From Prasinococcaceae sp. CCMP 1430 (taxonomy: Eukaryota > Plantae > Prasinodermophyta): a stretch of 52,162 nucleotides of DNA. Location of the stretch: positions 298,576 through 350,737 of the forward strand of contig RQSC01000630.1 in assembly GCA_013416795.1 (NCBI GenBank), read 5' to 3'. A program made the position numbers and the translations under genes. Positions 12,228 through 22,062 of the stretch are shown one piece after another; within the stretch, counting starts at the first letter, position 1; each line of letters starts with the position of its first letter. The notes under the pieces were generated by a model. It saw only the letters and a program-made list of their open reading frames with translations. It was not told the DNA's origin and ran no database searches.

Positions 12228-13468
12228 ATGGACTACGGGGGCGCGAGCCTGTTCAGCCTGCCAGCCGAGGGGAGCGGCTCGGAGGGTGGCCTCTTCGCCG
12301 AGCCGGCCTCCGGCGCCGTGGCAGGCCTGCGCTGCGAGCATGAAGTCACGCAGGGCATTTCTGCCTGCGCTGCGGCCGAGCAGAGCAAGCAGGCGGGCTG
12401 CGGAGGACTAGAGGGCGGAGCACAGACACACGTTCACCCCACAGGGAGGCCTGCCGAGGCGAGGGGAGAAGGAGCTGCCGCGGGCAGCGATGGGGGCGGC
12501 GACAGGGATGGCGGGGGGGGCGACGGCGTTGGCGGTAGCGCCCAAAGGGGCGCCCCTGGCGCTGCTGGCGACGCAGGTGGCGCTGCAAACCTGCCCAAGG
12601 GCAGTGAGTGCACCGGCATCGTGGATGACGAAGAAGGCGAGATGGCCGCATACCTGAGGTCACTCGGTGCCGCCACGCAGCCGGACCTTGAGCTCGACTC
12701 GAGCTCCCTGCGCGCAATGGACGCACTCTTCGGCGAGCTCGTCTCCGCCGTGATGTCCAAGGCTCAAGCGTTAGCAGCCGAGAACGCGTCGCCGTGCGCG
12801 CGTGGCCTTGGAATCCCGGGCGGCAAGCCCCGCATCGGACGCAAGAGTGAGTGCGCGCTGTGCGACGCGCGTGGGGCACTGCTGCATTCGTTGCCCCACC
12901 CACACATTGTGCGGGCCGCGCTCACGCCTTTCTGATGCTCGCGCGCTTGCAATATTCCCCCCACACCACCACGGACGTGGCGCCCGCAGGCAAAGATGGC
13001 CCCAAGACGGTGATAACGTCGCTCGAGGTACAGCGAGCGGTCAAAGCGGTCCTTCCGGGCTCGGGCGAGCGCCCCGAGGCCGACGGCAAGCGCGTGCCGC
13101 TCCGCCCCCCACCGCTGCCTGCTGTGGTGAAGCGAGCGCGGCAGATGGACAAGGTGCGGTTGTGTGCACTTGTCGCCGGATATGCTGGCGTGCTTAGCCG
13201 CGGCCTGCGAGCGAACAGCTCGCCCAGCCGTGCTGCCCTCGCATAGGTCCTCTTGCTCCCCGGCGTCTCCGCTCGTGTCTGACGACGGCAACAAACCTGC
13301 CCGCGTCCCACCCCGCCACGCGTGTCGTAGGCGTCGATCAAAGGGCTCAAGAGCCGCGAGAAGCGACGACACAACGACGCGGCGGACGCGGCCGTTGCTG
13401 CAGGCGCCCTCGCTGGCCTCGCCTCAGGCTCTGGCGATCGAGGCGGAGGCAAGAGTGCTTCCGAGTAA
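12228..13468 (+). CDS. Divergent histone H2B-like histone-fold protein (~306 aa)
   Basis: Exons 12228-12846, 12990-13153 and 13331-13468. YLRSLGAATQPDLELDSSSLRAMDALFGELVSAVMSKAQALAAEN aligns without gaps to H2B [45 protein letters not shown]. After splicing, VITSLEVQRAVKAVLPG matches TITSREIQTAVRLLLPG. Confidence 0.72.
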
Positions 13469-14803
13469 GGCGCCGCCGGCGCGACTCGTGCGCACCGCGT
13501 CAAGCACCCACGCCGCGCCGCGCCACCCTCGTAGCTAAGGCGCGCGATCTGCGCTCGTCGCTCTGCGTGCCACGGGTACGGTACAGGCACATTTACACAC
13601 AAGCTGGTACAACATCGGCCACGATGGGCTTTGGGGGGCCGAGCCTGCGCGGGCACACTTGCCAAGCCGCAGTCGGCGATGGCGCTCATCGCATCAGTGC
13701 GCCCATCTCCCCTTGCAAATGCGCGTCGACCGCAGCGCAGTTTGGCCGACGCGCGGCGAGTCTGGGTCAGCATCGCGCCGGGGAAGCGCAAGAGCGCGGC
13801 GGCGGGTCCAGAGCGAGGAAGGTGCGCCCGTGTGCGCATGTGTACGCGCGCACAGGGCGGAAGGTGGGGGAGGGGCAGGGCGCGAGGATTTGCGACGGTT
13901 TTGGTCCCTCGTCGTGCTGTGAACACAACTTGGGTCCCCGCCGGGCCAGGCAGCACCGTCAACGCGTAGGGGGAATGGCCCTTGCTACGCTCTGGCGCCC
14001 AGCCGCGGCGGCCGCGTTGGGATTCGCTCTTCCAGCAACTTCTGACGGGTGGCACTATATGTATTCGCGCCCTCGTGAGCTTGACTAGCGCTGGGTCCGG
14101 CGCGCGCGAGAGAGAGGGTTGGGGGGGTGGAGGGATGAGAGGGTAAAAGGGGAAGGGCCGCGGAGAGAGGGCGAGGGCGCGCGCACCTTGTCGACGCTGG
14201 CGCGCGCGGCAGGCCTCGGCACGCGCGGCGCGCGCTCTGTGGCGCGACGCGACGCCTTACACCGCCCCGTGCCCTGGGCGAGCGCGCCCCGCTGCGGGCC
14301 GGCGCCGGCGCCCGTCGCAGCAAATGGAGTCATTCATCAAATCGCTTGCGTCCGCGCGCACGCCCGTCCGTGGGCGTTGGGGTGCGCGCTGTGCCCGCAC
14401 CCCTGCTGGCTGGCTGGGCCGTGCGCACGTGCGCCAGGGCCCCGGCGGCGCGCCCTCGAAATTGAATTTGGTTTGTCCCTGATGACCGACTAATGACGCA
14501 CGCCAAAGGGCGGCGGTGCCTTTGCGCGGCCACCAACGGCAAAGGACTGTGACTGCCAAAAGCGCGGAGACGCGCGCGAAAAGTGCACAGCCAAAAAGTG
14601 CACCCGAAAACGAAAAGCGAACGCGCGCCGGCCGGGCCGTGGCAGGCCGGCTCGGGGCTGCGCATGTGTGCATTCGCGCCTCCGGGCGGCCACCCCAAAC
14701 AAACAAAGGGACCGACCGACCGCGCCCGAGCGCGAGGAGCGAAGACGAGTCTACTGACTGAAGGGGAAGGGTGAAACGAGCTGCACCGGCCCGAGCGAGA
14801 GCA

Positions 14804-14805
<2 letters not shown>

Positions 14806-14835
<30 letters not shown>

Positions 14836-14836
14836 T
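14806..14836. repeat. (GGCT)n microsatellite
   Basis: About 7 tandem GGCT units upstream of UMPS. Confidence 0.85.
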
Positions 14837-15134
14837 TGGATGTTGATTGACGTTCGGTCGGTCGGGCGGGCGGAGGACGCCGCACTGTCTGTGCCTCTCT
14901 CTCTCCGCCTGTGTGCGTCGCCGGCGGCCGCGCGCGCGGGCGCGCGGCCGCCACGCCCCCTCCCGCCCCTCGCTCTTTTGCACCAGCGCTCGCGCCGCCA
15001 CGATCTGCTCAGGGCGCTCGCCCGCCCAATCGGGGGATCGGGGTGGGTGGGGTGGGGTGGGGTGGACCCCGCCGCTCCCCCGCCGCAGCCTCCGACGCAC
15101 TGCCCGGCCGGCCGGCCGTGCCGCGGCGCGCGCC

Positions 15135-16592
15135 ATGGCGAGCGGGAGCGATGCCAGGCTGCGCGAGCTCACGCTCCGCCTGCATGACATCGAGGCCTTC
15201 AAGTTCGGCTCGTTCACGCTCAAGTCTGGCCTGGAGAGCCCCTTCTACATCGATCTGCGCGTGCTCGTGTCGTACCCGGACGTGCTCGCGCTCGTGTCGG
15301 AGCTCATGTGGGAGAGCCTCGTCGCGGGCGGCGCCAAATTCGACGTGATGTGCGGCGTGCCATACACCGCGCTGCCCATCGCCACGGCAATGACGCTCCA
15401 ATCCAAGGTGCCCATGCTCATGCGCCGCAAGGAGGTGAAGGACTACGGCACCAAGAAGGCCATCGAGGGCGCCTTCTCCAAAGGCCAGACCTGCCTCATC
15501 GTCGAAGATCTGGTCACCTCAGGCATGTCCGTGATGGAGACGGTCCAGCCGCTGCAGGACGTGGGGCTCGTGGTCAAGGACGTCACTGTGCTCGTCGATC
15601 GTGAACAGGGCGGCCGCGCCAACGTCGCCGCGAACGGGCTGCAGCTTCACGCGGTGCTCACCATCTCGCAGGTGCTCGAGCACCTCCTAGACGCTGGGCG
15701 CATCGACCAGGCGATGGCCGACAGGGTCAAGGGCTTCGTGGCAGCCAACCAAGTGAAGACGGTGGTCACCGACAATGGCGTCAGCGCCGAGAAGGCGCCC
15801 TCCGCGGCGCCCAAGCGCCGGACGTACGGCGAGCGCGCGCAGCTCGCGCAGAACGCCAGCGCCCGCCGACTGCTCGAGCTGATGGAGCGCAAGAAGACCA
15901 ACCTGTCCGTCGCGGCGGACGTGGGCACGTGCGCCGAGGTGCTGCGCATTGCCCGCGCAGTCGGCGAGCACATCTGCGTCCTCAAGACCCACGTCGACGT
16001 TCTCGATGACTTTGAGCCCTCCTTCACGAAGGAGCTCAAGGAGATCGCCGCCCAGCATGACTTCATGATCTTCGAGGACCGCAAGTTCGCCGACATCGGC
16101 AACACCGTGTCCATGCAGTATGGCGGCGGCGTGTACAAGATCGCCGACTGGACTGACTTCACCAACGCGCACATCGTGCCGGGGCCAGGCATTATCGACG
16201 GCCTGAAGAAGGTCGGCGGCGACAAGGGGCAGGGCCTGCTCCTCCTCGCGGAGATGAGCTCGTCCGGCACTATGGCGGAGGGTAAGTACACGGCCGCGGC
16301 GGCAGCGCTGGCGGAGAAGAATCTCGACTACGTGATGGGCTTCATCTCGACGAGCCCGGCTACGTGGGAAAAGCCCACCAGCCCGGGCCTCGTGCACATG
16401 ACCCCGGGCGTGCAGCTGTCCAAGGGCACAGACGCGCTCGGGCAGCGCTACAACACGCCAGATAGCGTGATCGGTGAGCGTGGCAGCGACGTCATAATCG
16501 TTGGGCGTGGCGTTATCAAGGCCGAGGACGTTGCGGCGGCGGCCGCCGAATATCGCGAGGCTGGCTGGAAGGCGTACACCGACGCCCTGTGA
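15135..16592 (+). CDS. UMPS: Bifunctional UMP synthase (OPRTase + OMP decarboxylase)
   Basis: FGSFTLKSGLESPFYIDLR, LIVEDLVTSG (PRPP-binding), LKTHVD, FEDRKFADIGNTV and DVIIVGRG. Intronless, ATG at 15135. Confidence 0.96.
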   Translation: MASGSDARLRELTLRLHDIEAFKFGSFTLKSGLESPFYIDLRVLVSYPDVLALVSELMWESLVAGGAKFDVMCGVPYTALPIATAMTLQSKVPMLMRRKEVKDYGTKKAIEGAFSKGQTCLIVEDLVTSGMSVMETVQPLQDVGLVVKDVTVLVDREQGGRANVAANGLQLHAVLTISQVLEHLLDAGRIDQAMADRVKGFVAANQVKTVVTDNGVSAEKAPSAAPKRRTYGERAQLAQNASARRLLELMERKKTNLSVAADVGTCAEVLRIARAVGEHICVLKTHVDVLDDFEPSFTKELKEIAAQHDFMIFEDRKFADIGNTVSMQYGGGVYKIADWTDFTNAHIVPGPGIIDGLKKVGGDKGQGLLLLAEMSSSGTMAEGKYTAAAAALAEKNLDYVMGFISTSPATWEKPTSPGLVHMTPGVQLSKGTDALGQRYNTPDSVIGERGSDVIIVGRGVIKAEDVAAAAAEYREAGWKAYTDAL

Positions 16593-16842
16593 GCGCGCGC
16601 CAGACGTTGAGGCTGCTACCCGCGCGTGCCCGGTGGTAGCGAGCGGAACGCCTCGAACACGGGCGCGCATAAAAGTCTGCTTGCGTGCCGAGCTTAATGA
16701 TGACAGGACGCTGCGCCTGTCGCGGCGAAGCGCACACGCGCGCCTTTTGGCTAGGCTCAGGCGACTCTCCCAGCGTCACAAGCGCGCGCCCTTATGCATT
16801 TACGGCCAAGTCGACCGCTGAGACGCGCGTGCCGCGGTGCGT

Positions 16843-18912
16843 CTATGGGCGCGGCGGCGTCTTGCTCCTGCCGCTGTCACCGGAGCTGCGGCTGTCACTG
16901 GCAAAGCTTCGCGAGCTCTGCGAGTACGACGACGCCGAACCACCGCTCTGGGATGAGGACGATCGCGACGAGTATGATCGCGATGTGTACGAGCGCGAGT
17001 CAGTCGACCTGCTGGTGTATGAGCGCGACGTGTACGTGCTGCGACTGCTCGTAGGCGAGTCCCGAGCGCGAGCCCGCGCGCGCTCCTCTTCCTCCTTTCT
17101 CTGCTGCGCCAGCAGCGCAGGTAGATTTTTCAGGTGCTCGCGCAACTCATCGGTGAGGCCACCGAGTCCGATGGACGTGTAGAAGTTGATGGCGAAGCGC
17201 ATGTTGGGCGCGGTGTCCCTCGGGAAAATGCCGCCGCAATGCTCAGCGTTCGACGCGAGGCGGTCGCGGAACGTGCGCAGCCCAATCTGCTCGGCGATCT
17301 CTTGGAAGAGGATCTTGATGAAGATTCGGCTGGATGAGGACGTGTCCGCCTCGGTGAGGCGCACGTAAGCCATCACCGTCCACGGAAGCGCGTTTGTGCA
17401 GAGCAGATGGGCGTAGAACTTGCCCACGTTGCGGAGCTTGTTCGTCTCAAGCCTGTGAATCATCGAATACTGGCGCGCGAAGAGGTCGTCGAAGATGTCC
17501 CTGTACTTGCGGTCGATCTCGCATAGGCGCTGGCCGAGCAGGCCATAGTAGCGCAGGTACGTGCGCTCCTGGCTGCAGCACTCGAGCAGCATGGTGCACA
17601 GTTCCACCTCCTCACCAGGAAGCAGCCGTATTTTCATGAGCTTGTGGCCCGCCTCCTCGAAGTCCATGCTGCTCATGATCGTCAGGTAGATTGTGCGCCG
17701 TAAGTTTGTGAGGTTGGTCTCTGTCATGTCGGTCACCGGTCCGCCGACGCCCGCCCCGGGGCCCGCCGCCGCTCCTACCCCGGGCTCCTCCGGCACGCGA
17801 CCCTGCACAATCTCGCCCCCCCCCACGCCGCCGGCGCTTCCGCCCGCGTCGGCGTCACCGGGCGGAAGCTCCTCTCTCTCGTCGCCCTCGCCTCCCTCGC
17901 TACCGAGAAGGCTCTCCCGAATGGCCGCGTACTTCGCCTCGTTTGCCTCGTACTCCGGATCGGCGCTGAACACGTCAAGCTCGACCATCGCGTCTAGCTC
18001 GTCGTCAAGTCCCACATCATGCGTGATCTGGTCCTCCGCCTCGACGAGGTCGAGCTCTTCCGGCACCGCGGGGAAGTCGGCGAAGCGGGTCTTGCGCACG
18101 GCAAACAGGCCCTCGATGACGAATTGCACGCGGCGATCAATCTGGCCCTCGTGCAACACATTCCTCAGCCGCTCGAATATCGAGTGCAGCCCCTGCGGAG
18201 ACAGCGAGTGCAGGCACGCGCCGCACTCCTTGGTGAATGCGACCGCGATCTCCACCGACACGTCCGTGGGTTTTTCGAGCAGCAACATGAGGAGCTGGAG
18301 CGCGAGGATCTCGTGGGCGACGTGGTGGTTCACCAAGTGGGCGACGAACTTGGCCAGCGCCAGGCAGGCCTGTTTGTCGTTCCGTCGGTACGCGCGACGG
18401 AACTGCAGAACCACACGCCCCAAGAGAAGTTCGCCAATCTCGGGGAACTTGGTGTTGATCACTGCCATGAGCGCCGCGAACGTCGGTGTATAGCCCGGGC
18501 TTCCCAGCTGTGCACGCATGAGCGCTTTCACCAGGAGCCCGCGTCCGCGCACCACGTTGTACTGGAAGAGCTCCGGGAGCACCTCGCCGATGTTTGCTGC
18601 ATTCACCTTGTTCACGATACCATTGAGGCTACGGCGCAGCGCCTCCCATGCCTCGCGCTGGGCAGCGACGCCGTCTGAGTCTCCCGCGGCGGCGAGCCTC
18701 GCGCGTTTGTGCGGCGGCATGTACGCGCCATTGGCAGCACCCCCGCGAGGCGCAGCGAGCGCTCCTCTCGAGCGGTTGGGCGAGCCGCCAAGTCCGCCGC
18801 CGATGCGCCCGCCGCTGCCCGGGGACCGCTCGCGCTTCGACACACCACGCTCCGCGCCGCCGTCGTGAAGATCGGCCCTTCGGACGTCGTTCTCAGGCTC
18901 GGATGCGCCCAT
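16843..18912 (-). CDS. CWC22: Pre-mRNA splicing factor CWC22 (MIF4G + MA3)
   Basis: AYMPPHK, WEALRRSLNGIVNKVN, LRRTIYLTIMSSMDFEEAGHKL, RFAINFYTSIGLGGLT and an Ser/Arg-rich tail. Confidence 0.96.
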   Translation of the reverse strand: MGASEPENDVRRADLHDGGAERGVSKRERSPGSGGRIGGGLGGSPNRSRGALAAPRGGAANGAYMPPHKRARLAAAGDSDGVAAQREAWEALRRSLNGIVNKVNAANIGEVLPELFQYNVVRGRGLLVKALMRAQLGSPGYTPTFAALMAVINTKFPEIGELLLGRVVLQFRRAYRRNDKQACLALAKFVAHLVNHHVAHEILALQLLMLLLEKPTDVSVEIAVAFTKECGACLHSLSPQGLHSIFERLRNVLHEGQIDRRVQFVIEGLFAVRKTRFADFPAVPEELDLVEAEDQITHDVGLDDELDAMVELDVFSADPEYEANEAKYAAIRESLLGSEGGEGDEREELPPGDADAGGSAGGVGGGEIVQGRVPEEPGVGAAAGPGAGVGGPVTDMTETNLTNLRRTIYLTIMSSMDFEEAGHKLMKIRLLPGEEVELCTMLLECCSQERTYLRYYGLLGQRLCEIDRKYRDIFDDLFARQYSMIHRLETNKLRNVGKFYAHLLCTNALPWTVMAYVRLTEADTSSSSRIFIKILFQEIAEQIGLRTFRDRLASNAEHCGGIFPRDTAPNMRFAINFYTSIGLGGLTDELREHLKNLPALLAQQRKEEEERARARARDSPTSSRSTYTSRSYTSRSTDSRSYTSRSYSSRSSSSQSGGSASSYSQSSRSFASDSRSSGDSGRSKTPPRP

Positions 18913-19030
18913 GTCGCGCGGATCGCCACAGGGCTGCCCTCCTGCGGCGACGGCTCAGGGCGCCCGAGGGGCGAGCAAGCGGGCTGGCGCGGAGAAGCAC
19001 CGCTTCCGCCCCCCCCTCCCCCCCCCCACC

Positions 19031-19061
<31 letters not shown>

Positions 19062-19343
19062 CCCGGTCAAAGGCGCGCGGCGTGACCCTTTCCTCTCGTG
19101 GTGCCGCCGCCGCCTTGGCGCCAGCAAACCTCGCCCCACCCTGACCGCCAGCACCTCTGCCCTCGCACCCCCCCGGGGCGCGCGCACTGTGGGCGCGCGG
19201 TGCGCGGCGCGCTCTGTGGGCGCACCGGCGCGACGCCAACTGTAACTGGGCCGCGCCAAATCGACAGGCGCAGGTAATTTCGAGCCCAGACAAAAATGCC
19301 AGAGGCGTGGGTACGTACATGGGTGTGTACTAGGCTGCGCCTA

Positions 19344-21423
19344 TCACGACTTCTCGCGCCAGCGGCTCGTGCGCCGCCGGTTGGAGGACTTGTCCACGCT
19401 CACGCCCGCCCCCTGCGCCGACTTCATGAATCTGGCCCACAGCGGCGCGGCCACGATGGCGCCAGCGCCCAGTAGCGACTTGTTGTCGTCGTTGCCAACC
19501 CACACGACCGTCGCAAGGTTCGGAGAGTAGCCGCAGAACCACGCGTCGCGATAGTCGTCTGAGGTGCCCGTCTTTCCAGCGATGTTTGAAGACTGCCAGC
19601 CCTTTGCCGCCGCCCTACCCGTGCCCCTGGTCACAGCAAGCCGCAGCATCTTGTGCACCTCCCGGCACGCATCCTCAGGCACAGCGGCACGCCGCTGACT
19701 CTTGTGTCGGTACAGCGTGTTGCCATTTTTGTCGCGCACGCGCGTCACCAGGTGTGGCTTCGAGTACACGCCTCCCGCGGCAATGGTGGCATACATCGCC
19801 GCCATCTCCATCGGAGTCACCTCACACGCGCCGAGCGATAGCGACAGGACCGACGGCAGATCGGACGTGATGCCCACGCGGCGAGCCATGTCCTTGACGC
19901 GATCGATGCCGATCATGTCCGCAATCTTCACCGTGGGGATGTTCAGCGAGTACACGAGAGCTTCGCGCAGGGTGACCTCGCCCTTGAAGTTTTTGTAGAA
20001 GTTCTGCGGCGTGTACTCGTCCTTGGTGTCAAATTGCGTCTCCTCGTCCTCCAGCAGCGTGGTGGGCGTGACTGCGCCCTCCGCGAGCGCCGCCAGATAT
20101 ACCACCGGTTTGAAGGCAGAGCCGGGCGAGCGCTTTGCAAGCACCGCTCGGTTGTAGGGCGATGAGCCGAAGTCGCGCCCCCCGACCACGACACGCACCG
20201 CGCCGCTCTGGGGGTCGATCGCAACGATCACCGCCTCGCCCGCTTCTTTGGGCGTACCGCGGGAAGGTTTCTCGCCGTCCTCGCGCGCGAGTTGCTCAGC
20301 GCGCTCCTGCAGCGACAGGTCCAGCGTTGTGTGGATCTGCAGGCCGCCCCGGCGCTGGAGGTACTCCCCACACATGTCACGCAGCTGGTAGAGCACCTCG
20401 GAGACGAAGAACGGCGCGCGGTAGGGCGTCACCCCGAGCGACACCCCGCGTTTCGCCTTGTCGTCGAGCAGTGCAGCCCCCGGCGACAGTGCGAGCGTGG
20501 ATGGCATTCCCTTTTCCTCCACATCTGCCCGTTCCTCCTCGGTGATGTAGCCAGTGTCCACCATGCGCTTGAGCACCGTCGAGCGCGCGCGCAGCGCTGC
20601 CGAGGGTGACCTGTAGGGCGACAGCGCCTCGGGCGCGGGCAGCATCGCAGCAAGCAGGGCCGATTCCCCGAGGTTCAGGTCCTTAGGCATCTTGCGGAAG
20701 AAGGCGGCAGCAGCGCTCGTCACGCCGTAGATGCCGTGCCCCCAGTAAACGTTGTTGAGGTACTCCTCCAGCAGCTGCGGCTTGGTGAGCTTGCGCTCTA
20801 TTGCGACGGCCAGCCCCATCTCAACCACCTTGCGCGTGATGGTGCGATCCTGCGAGAGCAGCATGTTTTTGACCAGCTGCTGCGTGATGGTGGACCCTCC
20901 ACCGCTGGTCCCGAGCGTCAAAATGGCGCGCGCGATGCCGCGCACGTCGACGCCGGGATGGAAAAAGAAGCGCCTGTCCTCCGAGGCGACCACCGCGGTC
21001 CACATGTGATCCGACACGTCGTCGAGCGCCGTCGACTCGCCTCTCAGTGTCGCGACGACGCGGCCCTTGACGTCGTATATTACCGTCGGCTCCGACCCGA
21101 TTGCGTCCTCGACCGTCGACTGGCTCGTCGACGCGAGCTTGGAGATGCGCTCGAGCGTGTCGGGCTTTATTGAGCCCACGCAGAAGCGCGTGATGTCGTA
21201 CGCGACGAGCACTCCGGCCATGCCCGCGGCCAGCCAGCCCATCGACTGCGGGGTCGTATACGCGCCCGCCACCGATTGTGCCGACGCGGCCATCTCCAGG
21301 ACGCGCGCCTGCGCGATGCGCACCTCCTGCCGCAGCCGCGTGCGCAGCGAGCGTCGCGGACGCCGCGGCCCGCTCCCGCCGCCTCCGCCGCGGAGGCTGC
21401 TCTGCGCGCCCACGTCGCGGCCG
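19344..21423 (-). CDS. PBP1: Class A penicillin-binding protein (transglycosylase + transpeptidase), likely plastid-targeted; 5' end lost in N gap
   Basis: GT51 motifs EDRRFFFHPGVD, GGSTITQQLVKN, RKVVE and YLNNVYWG. Transpeptidase SAFK (SxxK), SLN (SxN) and KTG. Hydrophobic anchor WLAAGMAGVLVAY follows an Arg-rich leader. Confidence 0.93.
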
Positions 21424-22062
21424 NNNNNNNNNNNNNNNNNNNNNNNNNNNNNNNNNNNNNNNNNNNNNNNNNNNNNNNNNNNNNNNNNNNNNNNNNNNNN
21501 NNNNNNNNNNNNNNNNNNNNNNNNNNNNNNNNNNNNNNNNNNNNNNNNNNNNNNNNNNNNNNNNNNNNNNNNNNNNNNNNNNNNNNNNNNNNNNNNNNNN
21601 NNNNNNNNNNNNNNNNNNNNNNNNNNNNNNNNNNNNNNNNNNNNNNNNNNNNNNNNNNNNNNNNNNNNNNNNNNNNNNNNNNNNNNNNNNNNNNNNNNNN
21701 NNNNNNNNNNNNNNNNNNNNNNNNNNNNNNNNNNNNNNNNNNNNNNNNNNNNNNNNNNNNNNNNNNNNNNNNNNNNNNNNNNNNNNNNNNNNNNNNNNNN
21801 NNNNNNNNNNNNNNNNNNNNNNNNNNNNNNNNNNNNNNNNNNNNNNNNNNNNNNNNNNNNNNNNNNNNNNNNNNNNNNNNNNNNNNNNNNNNNNNNNNNN
21901 NNNNNNNNNNNNNNNNNNNNNNNNNNNNNNNNNNNNNNNNNNNNNNNNNNNNNNNNNNNNNNNNNNNNNNNNNNNNNNNNNNNNNNNNNNNNNNNNNNNN
22001 NNNNNNNNNNNNNNNNNNNNNNNNNNNNNNNNNNNNNNNNNNNNNNNNNNNNNNNNNNNNNN
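21424..22062. other. Assembly gap (639 N)
   Basis: Run of N; it hides the starts of both flanking divergent genes. Confidence 1.

Noticed and set aside
13247-13282. Alternative short last exon (VLLLPGVSARV) for the H2B-like gene
   Set aside because: The acceptor at 13330 has a CTGAC branch point and gives a better helix-C-like continuation; the short exon cannot be fully excluded.
14479-14560. Hammerhead ribozyme (CTGATGA) or other structured RNA
   Set aside because: No stem II followed by GAAA; the hairpins are expected at this GC content.
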